A DNA stretch of 64,000 nt from an uncultured Pseudomonadota bacterium (GTDB lineage: Bacteria > Pseudomonadota > Alphaproteobacteria > UBA9219): contig CAIPYM010000053.1 in NCBI GenBank assembly GCA_903869345.1, positions 98-64,097 on the forward strand, given 5' to 3'. The notes beneath the pieces are model-generated. The model made no database searches and was not told the origin of the DNA. It saw only the letters and a program-made list of their open reading frames with translations. Shown here piece by piece: positions 31,246 through 41,733 of this stretch (position 1 is its first letter; every line of letters begins with the position of its first letter). Position numbers and translations under genes: made by a program.

Positions 31246-31983
31246 TCAAGCCTTTTTCAGCCCTTTGTCGGCCTGTCGTGGCCAGGCGGTCAGAAAGGCG
31301 CGTGTTGTGAAAAAAGGTGTTTCAAACGGCGTGTAGCGCCTGAGTTCTTGGACAGTCACCTCGGCGGGCAGAGGAAGACTTCGGCCCGGAACATCGTTCA
31401 CCACGACGGCGGCCAGGGGCACATCCCGAGCGCGGAGGACCTCGAGAGCCGTGAGCGTTGGGCTGAGGCTCCCCACGAAACTGTCCGTGACAAGAAGAAG
31501 GGGGATCCGAAGGCCCTCCGCCCAGTCCAAGACCGTGGCGTTGTCCGTGATGGGGCTCATGATGCCCCCAAGACTTTCGAGGAGCACGACGTCCTCAGGC
31601 CCTTCCAGAGCGCGACGGCACCACGCGAGGAGTTCACGGACGATGAGGGGCCGTGTCGCCGCCAGGGAACGTGCCCCCGCCGCACGAGCCGCCATGGAAG
31701 GCGCGCGCGCGGCCTCCCACCGCCACGGGGACAGAGCTTCCAGGGCAGCAAGGCTCGACCCATCGTCCTCAGCGGGAGGGCGGAGAGGTCGCCCGAGCGC
31801 AGCACTCAACACACCTGCGTCGCTGGTCGCAGGGTCGGCGGGAGCATACCCGCTCATCAGGGGTTTGAACGCCGCGACGGTGCGCTGTTCGTGCCGTGTG
31901 GCGCGGATCAGGGAGGCCGTCACAAACGTTTTGCCGACGCCGGTCCCGGTCCCGGTGACGAAAAATCGCCCCTGGGACGTCAC
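31246..31983 (-). CDS. bioD: Dethiobiotin synthase
   Basis: FVTGTGTGVGKT, FKPLMSG, ESLGG. Confidence 0.9.
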   Translation of the reverse strand: MTSQGRFFVTGTGTGVGKTFVTASLIRATRHEQRTVAAFKPLMSGYAPADPATSDAGVLSAALGRPLRPPAEDDGSSLAALEALSPWRWEAARAPSMAARAAGARSLAATRPLIVRELLAWCRRALEGPEDVVLLESLGGIMSPITDNATVLDWAEGLRIPLLLVTDSFVGSLSPTLTALEVLRARDVPLAAVVVNDVPGRSLPLPAEVTVQELRRYTPFETPFFTTRAFLTAWPRQADKGLKKA

Positions 31984-32456
31984 ATGCCGTCCCCGTCATC
32001 GCCACTGCGCTCTTCGGGGAAATCCACACTGTCGGCCTTGAGCCCCGCGCTCATTTCATCGGCGTAGTTGATCCAGCGGCGTTTGAAAGCAACCCAGCAA
32101 ATTGCGGCCCACAGAATCCCCGGCCCCACCAAGAGCATAGCCGTCCACGCCGCTTGTTGACCCACGTCCTTGCCAGCCGGACAGAAAAGGGTGCCCCATT
32201 CGGTGGCCGCTGCGGAGCAAAGCCCCAGGCCCGAAACGCGACTGCCCACAACGGCGGCCATCCAAAGAGCGATGAAAGGCACTAAAACGGCCAAGATGCC
32301 CCGGAAGATATACCGTTGGCGGCTGATTTCCTGCACAAGCGCCAACTTGGACAGCCAACGCGCCAGGCGCACAAGCCCCCAAAACGCGAGGACAATCAGG
32401 AGCAGACCGGGCAAACGGTGCAAAAGCTCGGCGCCAAGGGAAGCAGGAGTGGGCAT
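31980..32456 (-). CDS. Hypothetical membrane protein (about 3 TM)
   Basis: Hydrophobic segments; stop overlaps the bioD start. Confidence 0.6.
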   Translation of the reverse strand: MPTPASLGAELLHRLPGLLLIVLAFWGLVRLARWLSKLALVQEISRQRYIFRGILAVLVPFIALWMAAVVGSRVSGLGLCSAAATEWGTLFCPAGKDVGQQAAWTAMLLVGPGILWAAICWVAFKRRWINYADEMSAGLKADSVDFPEERSGDDGDGM

Positions 32457-32582
32457 CGCGTCAGGTCCGTTCAAGGTGGGAAGGGGAACACAGGGGAAGG
32501 GATAAGGCGCTTTCGATCCGCGAAAGCCTAAGAATCCCACAGAAACGCCCCCGATTCAAGGACGGGGTTTTTACGTTCTCCC

Positions 32583-32622
32583 TTGACGAGAATCTGCCCC
32601 AGGTGATACTTTTAGTCATCAC
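32583..32622 (+). promoter_or_regulatory. Methyltransferase promoter with overlapping C-box-like site
   Basis: TTGACG -35 and GATACT/TACTTT -10; TACT-TTT-AGTCATC at 32607-32620 matches the C-boxes at 34968-34993. Confidence 0.6.
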
Positions 32623-32638
32623 TGCGGGGGGTGTCTAA

Positions 32639-33928
32639 ATGGTCTGCTCCAAGTCCACTGCTTCAAAACAATTGACGTTCATCGACCTGTTTTCCGGCGC
32701 GGGAGGCATGAGCTTTGGATTTCATGCTCATCCCGCCTTCCAAGTCACGGCCGCTTTAGACGGTGAGTTCGGAAAACCGAGCAGCGGGAAGGGAAAACTT
32801 GGCTGCAACAATACTTACCTCGCGAATATTTCGGTGTCTCCCATCGCCGTCGACTTAGCACACATTGAAGACCACGACATTGAGTCGATTCGAATGCAGC
32901 TCTTGGGGGGGCATAACCTTGATGTTCTGTCTGCCTGTCCTCCATGCACGGGGTTCTCGCGCACGAACCCAAACAACCATCTGACAGACGATCACCGCAA
33001 TAGTCTCGTTGTCCGGACTGAGAAATGGGTGCGTATTCTCAGCCCTAAGGTTCTTGTCATGGAAAATGCAAGAGAACTATTGAGAGGAAATTTCTCACAC
33101 CATTTTCGTGTGTTGAGACGATCTCTTGAGGAAATGGGATATGATGTGCATGCATCAATCCATATGCTGAATGAGTTTGGCCTTCCACAACGTCGCGAAC
33201 GAGCTTTGGTGATTGCAACTCGTCTCGCCAGTGGAGCAAAAAGTCTGGAGGACTTGTGGATGGGGCACCGGGTTGAGGAGGAGGCCACTACAGTTCATCG
33301 TTGCATAGCTCATCTCCCAAAGATCACAGCAGGTGAGTGTGATACTTTGGATCGTTTCCATGTGTCGCCAAGCATGAACCCTGATTCGTTAATTCGGCTC
33401 AGGGCTATTCCCAGGGATGGAGGTTCATGGATAGATTTGCGTCTCCGCAAAGATGGCCATCATTTGATGACTCCAGCCATGCGCCGATACGTTGAGGCTG
33501 AAGATTACGGCTCTCACCCCGACGTTTATGGACGGATGGCTTGGCAACGCCCAGCTGTAACGATTAAGAGAGAATGTGCTCATATTGGCAATGGGCGATA
33601 TGCACATCCCGACCAAGATCGCCTTTGTAGCGTTCGTGAAATGGCACTTCTTCAAGGGTTTCCTGAGACTTACAAGTTTGGAGGAAGGGCTATGTCGAAC
33701 ATGTATCGACATATAGGTGATGCTGTTCCTCCGCTGATTTCTTTCCAACTCGCACACCTCATCCATTGGATGTTTTCGGGCATTAAACCAGACATTAAGA
33801 GTTGTGTTTTGCCGAGGACAAGCTTGCATCCGGAGGATATCAGACCTGCTGAAAGAGCATGGAACAGACAACTTGCCTGGTTGCCTGAACCTGCCGAGAG
33901 CTCCGAAAAATTGTTGGCTTCAGTCTAA
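32639..33928 (+). CDS. DNA (cytosine-5)-methyltransferase of a Type II R-M system
   Basis: Motif I DLFSGAGG, motif IV PPCTGFS, motif VI ENA, motif VIII PQRRER, motifs IX/X REMALLQGFP...IGDAVPP; AT-rich. Confidence 0.95.
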   Translation: MVCSKSTASKQLTFIDLFSGAGGMSFGFHAHPAFQVTAALDGEFGKPSSGKGKLGCNNTYLANISVSPIAVDLAHIEDHDIESIRMQLLGGHNLDVLSACPPCTGFSRTNPNNHLTDDHRNSLVVRTEKWVRILSPKVLVMENARELLRGNFSHHFRVLRRSLEEMGYDVHASIHMLNEFGLPQRRERALVIATRLASGAKSLEDLWMGHRVEEEATTVHRCIAHLPKITAGECDTLDRFHVSPSMNPDSLIRLRAIPRDGGSWIDLRLRKDGHHLMTPAMRRYVEAEDYGSHPDVYGRMAWQRPAVTIKRECAHIGNGRYAHPDQDRLCSVREMALLQGFPETYKFGGRAMSNMYRHIGDAVPPLISFQLAHLIHWMFSGIKPDIKSCVLPRTSLHPEDIRPAERAWNRQLAWLPEPAESSEKLLASV

Positions 33929-34680
33929 TGACTAAGAAGGGAAACTTCCCATGTCGCGTGAATCTTGCATAGTCGCAGGGGGAGACTACGGACGGTTATT
34001 TTTTCAACCGAGCCATCTAAGCTTAGAACAAACCACACGCTCCCGTCGCTTCCTCGCACAGTAGCACGACTTGAACCGTTGGCTGTTTTTTTTGAAAAAT
34101 CGTTTGGGCACAATCGAGAGATTCCCAAAAGAATTTCTTTGGGAATCTCGACAAATTCATATTTAACAATCGAATCAGCAAGAAAAGAGCGAAGCGAAAC
34201 GATTCGCTCGTAATGCGCTAGGTGCGCCTTAACCCTTGTTTTTGCGTGCGTGCAAAAGTCATCTTGGGTCTCGCACTCGCGAATCCATCGGGCTTCCATG
34301 AGTTTTGATACATGGATGGAGGTTCGGCTAATTGACTGGCCACTTTCCGTTTTTAACGAAAACTTCTGCCCATCAACAACGACATCCTCCCCAGAATAGA
34401 CAGAATTTGATGTCTGATATGCTTGTCTGCCGGCCGCTCGCGAAGAACCACAAAAGAAATACTCGAATGTTTTCTTGGTCAGCGCGGCATCATGCATCGC
34501 ATGAAACAGTAAGAGACGGCCAGAAAAATCGTGCTCGAATGCCCTTACGACGATATCCGATTCTGCTGAAACATCCGCCACCACAGAGCGTGTCAGGGCA
34601 TGCCCCATTTCGATGAGAAGCCTGGTACGCTCAGGCGAAAGCTTGTTGACAAGGCTGGCAATTTCCTTTTGGGCACCCAT
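33925..34680 (-). CDS. SmaI-like Type II restriction endonuclease
   Basis: ALTKKTFE, GED-x7-FSLKTE (PD-(D/E)XK-like), IHVSKLME, YERIVSLR and VEIPK match my recollection of R.SmaI; AGGAG RBS. Confidence 0.8.
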   Translation of the reverse strand: MGAQKEIASLVNKLSPERTRLLIEMGHALTRSVVADVSAESDIVVRAFEHDFSGRLLLFHAMHDAALTKKTFEYFFCGSSRAAGRQAYQTSNSVYSGEDVVVDGQKFSLKTESGQSISRTSIHVSKLMEARWIRECETQDDFCTHAKTRVKAHLAHYERIVSLRSFLADSIVKYEFVEIPKEILLGISRLCPNDFSKKTANGSSRATVRGSDGSVWFVLSLDGSVEKITVRSLPLRLCKIHATWEVSLLSH

Positions 34681-34681
34681 T

Positions 34682-34942
34682 TCAACTCCTCCGTAGGAGA
34701 CCTGACTTCTCGTTTTCAACACAGCTCAGTAATGCGGGGGCAGAAAGCCCAAGGGCATAAGCAATCTTGGTTAAATTCAAAATCGATATATTTCGCTCTC
34801 CACGTTCCACGGACCCGATATAGGTTCTATGGAGCCCAACATTCTCTGCGAGGGCTTCTTGGCTCAAGCCCAATTCTACCCGATGGCGCCTGACTGTATT
34901 CCCAAGCCCAATGAGAATCGCTCGTTCGCTGTTCGTATTCAT
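34682..34942 (-). CDS. R-M controller (C) protein, XRE HTH
   Basis: [32 protein letters not shown]; directly upstream of the endonuclease. Confidence 0.92.
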   Translation of the reverse strand: MNTNSERAILIGLGNTVRRHRVELGLSQEALAENVGLHRTYIGSVERGERNISILNLTKIAYALGLSAPALLSCVENEKSGLLRRS

Positions 34943-34967
34943 AGCTTGAGCAGATTGAGGATTAGAT

Positions 34968-34993
34968 GACTTTAAGTCTAGAGACTATAAGTA
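34968..34993 (-). promoter_or_regulatory. Tandem C-box operator
   Basis: Minus strand TACTTATAGTC-TCTA-GACTTAAAGTC, matching the GACT-N3-AGTC-N4-GACT-N3-AGTC C-box of PvuII-type systems, ~25 nt upstream of the C gene. Confidence 0.88.
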
Positions 34994-35037
34994 GCATTGT
35001 GGGGCCGGAGGTGCAGGATGCACACTTTATCTGAATA

Positions 35038-35415
35038 GTGGAGCAAAAACGAGGGGCTGCGATTCTTTCCCTGCCCCTGCTGGCTGTTCTCTCCCCCGAA
35101 ACACGGGCTTTTTCGCTCACCCCCGAGAAATGGGGCCTGTTGATCGTGTCATCGACCCTCATCATCGGTATCGGGACAAATCTCTATTACAAAGGACTTC
35201 GGCGCGTGGACGTTCCGACGGCGAGTTTTCTGGAGATGACCTCGCCCCTTGTGTGCGTTCTGATGGGCTGTCTGTTTTTGAACGAGACGCTGACGCCTTC
35301 TCAGACCGCCGCCATGGTTGTCCTTTTGGCCGCCGTCTATCAGATCGTCCGTGTGAGCAGTTTGTCCAAAACGTCGACCAAGAGCCCGGCACCGATCTGT
35401 GAGAAGCAAGGATAA
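35038..35415 (+). pseudogene. C-terminal fragment of an EamA/DMT transporter
   Basis: LYYKGLRRVDVPTASFLEMTSPLVCVLMGCLFLNE = end of an EamA repeat; no N-terminal part; abuts the R-M cassette. Confidence 0.6.
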
Positions 35416-35508
35416 CGCGGGCTTTTTTCCTGAAGTTTAAGGTGAGAGGTTGGGATGAACCCCTTTGTCAAAAGCGGAAAACGGGTTTGACCTTCCCCAG
35501 ACCTCAAC

Positions 35509-36387
35509 CTACCCCCGCTCTGCTTCGTCCCTCTGTTTGCGCTCGTAGTGGCGCAGGTAGCGTTGGGCCATAAGGTTGGTCCGCACGATGATGCACACGT
35601 CCGTTGTGTTGAACGCCGTGTCCACGACCGCGCCGTCGCCGACAACCCCCCCGACGCGCAGGTAGCCTTTGATCAACGGAGGGAGCTGGTTCCCGCCGCT
35701 GCGTGGATCCAGCTTCAGCGTGTCAAACGCCTGTTCGGGGTTGAAGGCCTCGCGTGGCAAAAGGCGCATGTCCACGTACTTGTCGGGGAGCGCTCGGCAT
35801 CGAAGGCTTGGGGGCGCGAGATGGTCGTAATAGAGGTAGGACAAGGGGACCGCGAGCGCCTGAGGGTCCGTCCCCGGTAGACTCGCGCAGCCAAACATCA
35901 GCCGAATGTCGTGCTGGAAAATGTAGGCCGCGAGGCCTTTCCAAAGAATCTGCATGACCGCCCCGGTGCGGTAGTCGGCATCAATGCAGGATCGCCCGAG
36001 TTCCAGAATCTCGCCGGGGTAACGTTCGAGCGGAGACAGATCATACTCGCTGGCCGAATAGAACCCGCCGTGTTGGTGCGCGACGGCGCGGCGCAAAAGC
36101 CGGTAGGTTCCGACCACGCGCGGGGCGCGATCGTTTTCCCCCTGGTCCAAAACCAACAGATGATCGCAGATCGCATCAAACGAATCGTGGTCGCGCCGAG
36201 CGGCACGAAGGGCGGGCAAGGGTTGCGCCCCCATCTCGTCGTAAAAAACGTGGTAGCGCAGCTCTTGGGCGGCCTGAATCTCGGCCGGGCTTGCCGCGAG
36301 GCGAACCTCCAGCGTTCCCGCGGTGATCCGTTCAGGCAGTGCGGACGGGGAACAAACGCCAAGCGGGGGCACAAACGAACACTCCAC
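35509..36387 (-). CDS. olsB: Ornithine lipid N-acyltransferase (GNAT); start uncertain
   Basis: AQELRYHVF, DSFDAICDHL, VVGTYRL, ELGRSC, LPPLIKGYLRVG. Confidence 0.85.
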   Translation of the reverse strand: MECSFVPPLGVCSPSALPERITAGTLEVRLAASPAEIQAAQELRYHVFYDEMGAQPLPALRAARRDHDSFDAICDHLLVLDQGENDRAPRVVGTYRLLRRAVAHQHGGFYSASEYDLSPLERYPGEILELGRSCIDADYRTGAVMQILWKGLAAYIFQHDIRLMFGCASLPGTDPQALAVPLSYLYYDHLAPPSLRCRALPDKYVDMRLLPREAFNPEQAFDTLKLDPRSGGNQLPPLIKGYLRVGGVVGDGAVVDTAFNTTDVCIIVRTNLMAQRYLRHYERKQRDEAERG

Positions 36388-36604
36388 GGAAACCAACCTG
36401 ACGATGATCCTACCCCGCTTTCGCTCGCGAAGCCAGCGCAGGAGCGGCAGCGCAGCGGCGGTTCCCAGCCCCCCTTTGTTGCCAACGTGTTGCAAAGGGC
36501 TTGCTTTCGCGGAAAGGCGACGGTAGAAAGGGGGCTTCGGCGCGTCCGGGCCTCCGACATGCCTGGCCGCCTTTTGTTCAACATCCAACCCTCAGGGGAT
36601 CCAA

Positions 36605-36805
36605 ATGTCGAAACTCAAGACCCACAGCGGGTCCAAAAAGCGCTTTCGCGTCACCGGGGGCCGTCTTGTGAAAGCCGGTGCCGCCGGACGCCGTCATGGA
36701 CTACGGAAGCGGCCCCAGAAAATGAAGCGCGAGTCGCGCGGGGTGATGATCCTGTTCAAGACGGACGGGGACAACATCCTCAAGCATTTTCTGCGCAACG
36801 CTTAA
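36605..36805 (+). CDS. rpmI: 50S ribosomal protein L35
   Basis: [18 protein letters not shown]. Confidence 0.96.
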   Translation: MSKLKTHSGSKKRFRVTGGRLVKAGAAGRRHGLRKRPQKMKRESRGVMILFKTDGDNILKHFLRNA

Positions 36806-36823
36806 GCCCGAGGGAGATCCGCT

Positions 36824-37207
36824 ATGGCACGTGTCAAAAGAGGCGTGACGACTCACGCCCGTCATCAAGAAATGGTCAAGCTGGCTGCCGGGTACCGTGG
36901 GCGGTCCAGCACCAATTTTCGGATGGCGATTGAAAAAGTTGAAAAGGCCCTTCGCTACGCCTACCGCGACCGTCGCAACCGCAAGCGCGACTTTCGGGCC
37001 CTCTGGATCGTTCGCATCAACGCGGGCGTCCGGGCGGAAGGCCTGACGTACGCGCGTTTCATGAACGGCCTCAAGAAAGCCGGGATCACGGTGGACCGCA
37101 AGCAGCTGGCCGAGCTCGCGGCCACGCAGCCCGAGGCGTTCTCCGCCCTGGTCCAGCAGGCCCGCGCTGCGTTAGAAGCCCCCGCTGCTTCGCCTTCCGC
37201 CGCCTGA
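36824..37207 (+). CDS. rplT: 50S ribosomal protein L20
   Basis: [25 protein letters not shown]. Confidence 0.98.
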   Translation: MARVKRGVTTHARHQEMVKLAAGYRGRSSTNFRMAIEKVEKALRYAYRDRRNRKRDFRALWIVRINAGVRAEGLTYARFMNGLKKAGITVDRKQLAELAATQPEAFSALVQQARAALEAPAASPSAA

Positions 37208-37234
37208 TGGTGGCCCTTTCCTGATGGAACGGCC

Positions 37235-38971
37235 ATGCGGCTAGAGCGCCACAGCTCGCGGACGCTTGAGCCCCTGTCCTCCGGGGGGCTTTCCAGGTTT
37301 GGGATTGTGTTGGTTGTTCTGGGCACACTGCTGCTCGGCTTTGCGGCGATGGCCGTTTTGCCGATGTTTGAGGGCCCCGACGAGGAGGCGCATGTCTCCA
37401 GCGTCCTCCAGATTGCCTCCACCGGGCGGGCCCCCGTTTACGGGGAGGACGGGTTTGCACGTGCCGTCACCGCCTATTGGCATCACGGTCCTCTGTTTAT
37501 CCCTGCCGCCGCAACGTTCCAGCATCCCGGCAGTGTGTTTTACCGGGCTTTTTTCCAAGATTCTCAAAAGGTCGCGGCCTACGGCCCCCTGTACCGCGAG
37601 GGACCCGCGCCGCACGATTACGTGTCCGACCCCGCGATAGTGAACTGGCAGGCTCAACATCCTCCCGCTTATTACGTCCTGATGGCGGGCGTGATGCACC
37701 TCACGCAAGCCCTGCCCTGGGTCACACAAACGTTCGTGCTCCGTGGGTTTTCGTTTTTGCTCGCGTACGCGGGCTTGCTTCTTGGGCTCATGGGGGCTCT
37801 TCGCGCCGCGTCGTCGTCCGACGAGCGCCGTTGTCTCACATGCGCTTTTCTGTTGTACCCGGTTCTTTTCCCGTCCTTTTTTGCCGAGTTTGGGCGGATT
37901 GGAAACGATTCCTTGTGCCTGTTTCTGACGGGAGCCATTGCCGCGCAGCTGGCCCTCGAACCCCGGCAGCCTCACCGTCCTTTTCATCATGTTCTTTTAG
38001 GGGGTTTGTTTGCCCTTGGACTTCTGACCAAAGGCTTTTTCCTGCCGTTCACGGCGGGCTACGTGGCGTGGCGGCTCATCCCCCTCGTCCGGGACCGTCG
38101 TGATCAAGCCCTGACTCGCGCCCGGTGGGAGGAGCTGGAATACTGGGGAGCCCCCGTTGTTCTGACGATGATCTGGTACGCTTCCAAGGCTCTCGTCTAC
38201 GGTTCCTTCCTCGGCGGAGCTGATGGGATCGTGCTGAAGGGGTACGGGGGGCTCACGGTTGAGACCCTTGCGTGGCGTTTTGATCCCCCCGTCTTTCTCC
38301 ACATCCTGGCGAACATCTTGCAAACATGGAGTTGGTTCGGAGGGGGAAGCTATTGGCAAATGCCGCTTGGATTTTCACTGCTTCTTCTGATGCTTCCGCT
38401 GGGCTTGCTTGTCGCCGCCCTGAAACCCCTCCGGCGTGAAAAACCGACAGCCTTCGCGTCACTCGGATTCTTTTGGATAGGGTTGATGGTTCTCGGCTTT
38501 TTGCACCATATTTTGGTGTGTTTGGCGCTTGCAGGGTTTGGAGCCACCCCCGGATGGTACCTCAACATCCTGATCCCTGTGTGGGGCGTGTGGCTCGCCA
38601 AAGGCCTCGGGGTCGTCGTACCTTCACGCCCCCTTCGGGGAATCGTCGTCGCGCTCGCAACCCTTCATATCCTCGCTCTGCCTGTCTTGATGATCGCCCA
38701 AGCGTTTTTCTTTGCAGGGCTTGCCGATCTCAGCCCCGACAGGCACGTGGTGCTTAACGCCGGATGGGACTCGCCCGCGACATGGGGCCTGCTCCGCGAA
38801 CGCCTGGGGGTTCTCGGATGGCCCGACCTTGCGGCGGTCGGCCTTGTCGTTGGCGGGATCAGCTTGGCGATGGGGGCTGCCCTCGTGGGACGCTCCCTTT
38901 TCCGGTCTTCAACGGCACCGCAAACCCTTAACCCGCGACGATGTTCACAATCTTGCCCGGCACAACGATGA
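37235..38971 (+). CDS. GT-C fold membrane glycosyltransferase-like protein (DUF2142/PMT-like)
   Basis: [26 protein letters not shown], more than 10 TM segments. Confidence 0.7.
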   Translation: MRLERHSSRTLEPLSSGGLSRFGIVLVVLGTLLLGFAAMAVLPMFEGPDEEAHVSSVLQIASTGRAPVYGEDGFARAVTAYWHHGPLFIPAAATFQHPGSVFYRAFFQDSQKVAAYGPLYREGPAPHDYVSDPAIVNWQAQHPPAYYVLMAGVMHLTQALPWVTQTFVLRGFSFLLAYAGLLLGLMGALRAASSSDERRCLTCAFLLYPVLFPSFFAEFGRIGNDSLCLFLTGAIAAQLALEPRQPHRPFHHVLLGGLFALGLLTKGFFLPFTAGYVAWRLIPLVRDRRDQALTRARWEELEYWGAPVVLTMIWYASKALVYGSFLGGADGIVLKGYGGLTVETLAWRFDPPVFLHILANILQTWSWFGGGSYWQMPLGFSLLLLMLPLGLLVAALKPLRREKPTAFASLGFFWIGLMVLGFLHHILVCLALAGFGATPGWYLNILIPVWGVWLAKGLGVVVPSRPLRGIVVALATLHILALPVLMIAQAFFFAGLADLSPDRHVVLNAGWDSPATWGLLRERLGVLGWPDLAAVGLVVGGISLAMGAALVGRSLFRSSTAPQTLNPRRCSQSCPAQR

Positions 38972-41549
38972 CCTTGCGGACGATTTTACCTTCGAGAGCG
39001 CGAAGAACACCCGCATCGGTCCGAGCAGCGGCCTCAGCAGCAGCGTTATCGGCATCCGCCGGAAGCGTGATCGTGCCGCGCAATTTGCCGTTGACCTGAA
39101 CGGCCAGCGTGACGGTTGTAGCCTCCAGCAACGTGGGATCGGCCTCGGCCCAGGGCTCTCGGACCAACGGTATCGTGCGCCCCAGGCGTTCCCACAATTC
39201 TTCCGTGATGTGCGGGATCATGGGGTTCAAAAGCCGCACCGCCGTTTCGATCCCTTCGCGCAGAGCCCAGGCCACGTCCGCCCCTGACGCGCCCTCCCCT
39301 AGCCGCACGGCCTCCAGCGCGTTCGTGAGCTCACGGATGCGGGCAATCGCACGGTTCAGGTGGAACCTTTCAAGGTCTTGCGTGAACGCCGCGCGCGTGC
39401 AGTGGCTGAGTTGCCGCAGGGCAAGCGCCTCGGGGCCGAACGTCCCCGGCGGGGGAGCGTCCGGCGGGGGAAGCATGCCCGCTGCCTCGGTCCCAAGTTT
39501 CCACAAACGGTTGAGGTACCGCCACGCGCCCTCAACGCCCGCATCGGTCCATTCCAAGTCGCGCTCCGGCGGGTTGTCGGACAGAATGAACAGCCGCGCC
39601 GTGTCCGCGCCATAGCGGTTGATGATCGCGCCGGGGTCCACGACGTTCTTTTTGGATTTGCTCATGACCTCGACACGGCCCACCGTCACGGGCTCGCCCG
39701 TCGTGACGTGCGTGGCCGAGCCGTCGGGGTTCTTTTGAACGTCCTCCGGGTAGAGCCATTTGCCCGCCGCGTCTTTGTAGGATTCGTGGCACACCATGCC
39801 TTGCGTAAAGAGTCCCGCGAAGGGCTCCGACAGCCCGACGTGGCCCGTGGCCTTCAGCGCGCGGGTGAAGAACCGCGCGTACAGCAGGTGCAAAATCGCG
39901 TGCTCCACGCCACCGATGTACTGGTCCACGGGGAGCCAACAATCCGCGTCCTCGCGGCGCAAGGGCACATCGGTTGCATCCGCCGAGGTGTACCGCGCGA
40001 AGTACCAGCTGGAATCCACAAACGTGTCGCACGTGTCGGTTTCGCGCTGCGCGGCCTTGCCGCACACGGGGCACGGGACATGTTTCCACGTGGGGTGACG
40101 ATCCAAGGGATTGCCGGGTTTGTCGAACGTAACGTCATCCGGCAACCGCACGGGAAGGTCCGGAGCGGGCACCGGGACGGGGCCGCACGATGGGCAGTGG
40201 ATGATCGGGATCGGGCATCCCCAATACCGTTGGCGGCTGATGCACCAATCGCGCAAGCGGAACTGCACGTGGCCCCGCCCCGCGCCGAGCGATTCCAGCC
40301 GTGCAATCACGGCTTTCTTCGCGTCGTCCACCGTCAAGCCGTTCAGGAAATCGGAGCGAACAATTCGGCCGGGTCCGGTGTAGGCCTCCTCCGTGACCTC
40401 AAACGTCGCGGGGTCGGTGCCCTCCGGCGCGACAACGGTTCGCACAGGCAAGCCATAGCGCCGCGCAAACTCAAGGTCGCGTGGGTCGTGCGCGGGGCAA
40501 CCGAAAATCGCCCCCGTGCCGTAGTCCATCAGAATGAAGTTCGCGACGTAAACGGGCAGACACTCGGTCGGGGCGACCGGGTTCGTGACCTCCAGCATCG
40601 TGCGATAGCCCTTCTTCTCGCCCGTTTCCAAAAGCACCTCGGACGTGCCAACGCGTCCGCAGTCCTCCATGAACGCCGCAAGCTCGGGGTCCGTCGCGGC
40701 AAGGCGCTGGGCGAGGGGATGCTGCGGAGCGAGCGCCAGAAACGACGCGCCAAAGAGCGTATCGGGGCGCGTGCTGTAGACTTCGAGGTTTTCGCCCGAA
40801 GGGGAGCCCACGATGGGGAACCGGAGAATCGCCCCTTCCGACCGCCCGATCCAATTTTCCTGCATCAGGCGGACTTTCTCGGGCCAGCGCGTGAGGTCCG
40901 CGAGTCCGTCCAACAAATCGTCCGCCGCCGAGGTGATGCGAAGGAACCACTGCGAAAGTTTCCGTTTTTCCACGAGGGCACCGGATCGCCAGCCGCGCCC
41001 GTCAATGACTTGCTCGTTCGCCAGCACCGTGTTGTCCACGGGGTCCCAGTTGGCCCAGGCCTCCTTGCGGTAGAGCAGGCCCGCTTTCAGAAAATCCAAA
41101 AGCAATGTTTGCTGGTGCTTGTAGTACGTCGCATCGCACGTCGCGAACTCACGGCTCCAATCCAGCGCGAGTCCCATGCGGCGCAACTCGCCCCGCATCG
41201 TGCGAATGTTGCCGTACGTCCATTCGGCGGGGTGAACGCCCTTTTCCCGCGCGGCGTTCTCGGCCGGAAGACCAAAAGCGTCCCAGCCCATCGGGTGCAG
41301 GACGTTGCACCCTTGCGCGCGGCGGAACCGCGCCATGACGTCGCCCAGCGTGTAATTCCGCACGTGCCCCATGTGAATGCGCCCCGACGGATAGGGCAGC
41401 ATGGACAGCACGTACGCCTTGCGCCGCGCGGGGTCGCGTCGGGCCTCAAACGCCTTTGTGCTGTCCCACAAATCCTGCCACTTGGTCTCGGTGGCGTGGA
41501 CGTCGTAGGGGGACGCGGGTTCAGGAGGGGAAGAAAGAGGCGCGGTCAT
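38928..41549 (-). CDS. leuS: Leucine--tRNA ligase
   Basis: [31 protein letters not shown]. Confidence 0.98.
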   Translation of the reverse strand: MTAPLSSPPEPASPYDVHATETKWQDLWDSTKAFEARRDPARRKAYVLSMLPYPSGRIHMGHVRNYTLGDVMARFRRAQGCNVLHPMGWDAFGLPAENAAREKGVHPAEWTYGNIRTMRGELRRMGLALDWSREFATCDATYYKHQQTLLLDFLKAGLLYRKEAWANWDPVDNTVLANEQVIDGRGWRSGALVEKRKLSQWFLRITSAADDLLDGLADLTRWPEKVRLMQENWIGRSEGAILRFPIVGSPSGENLEVYSTRPDTLFGASFLALAPQHPLAQRLAATDPELAAFMEDCGRVGTSEVLLETGEKKGYRTMLEVTNPVAPTECLPVYVANFILMDYGTGAIFGCPAHDPRDLEFARRYGLPVRTVVAPEGTDPATFEVTEEAYTGPGRIVRSDFLNGLTVDDAKKAVIARLESLGAGRGHVQFRLRDWCISRQRYWGCPIPIIHCPSCGPVPVPAPDLPVRLPDDVTFDKPGNPLDRHPTWKHVPCPVCGKAAQRETDTCDTFVDSSWYFARYTSADATDVPLRREDADCWLPVDQYIGGVEHAILHLLYARFFTRALKATGHVGLSEPFAGLFTQGMVCHESYKDAAGKWLYPEDVQKNPDGSATHVTTGEPVTVGRVEVMSKSKKNVVDPGAIINRYGADTARLFILSDNPPERDLEWTDAGVEGAWRYLNRLWKLGTEAAGMLPPPDAPPPGTFGPEALALRQLSHCTRAAFTQDLERFHLNRAIARIRELTNALEAVRLGEGASGADVAWALREGIETAVRLLNPMIPHITEELWERLGRTIPLVREPWAEADPTLLEATTVTLAVQVNGKLRGTITLPADADNAAAEAAARTDAGVLRALEGKIVRKVIVVPGKIVNIVAG

Positions 41550-41733
41550 CACACAACGTCCTTAGGCCTTGAACAGGTCGGGCCCCTGAGGGAGCTTGAA
41601 CCGAAGGGCGGACTTTAATGCCTTTTGTGCCCGAGGGGGAGGGTGTTTGTGGGGGGATGTCGTCGGGGCTTTGGCGTGTGCAAAAGCCAACCGCCAACCC
41701 CAAGGGGCCCAAGGACCGCACCCTGCTGAAAGC

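Noticed and set aside
36540-36580. Possible rpmI leader motif (GTCCGG...CATGCCTGGCCG)
   Set aside because: Only a vague resemblance to recalled alphaproteobacterial leaders; no structure I can support
39360-41618. 752-aa + strand ORF and similar long antisense ORFs (1040-2563, 27509-29287, 49833-51218, 55515-57008, 60939-62441)
   Set aside because: Shadow frames opposite well-conserved genes in GC-rich DNA; no motifs
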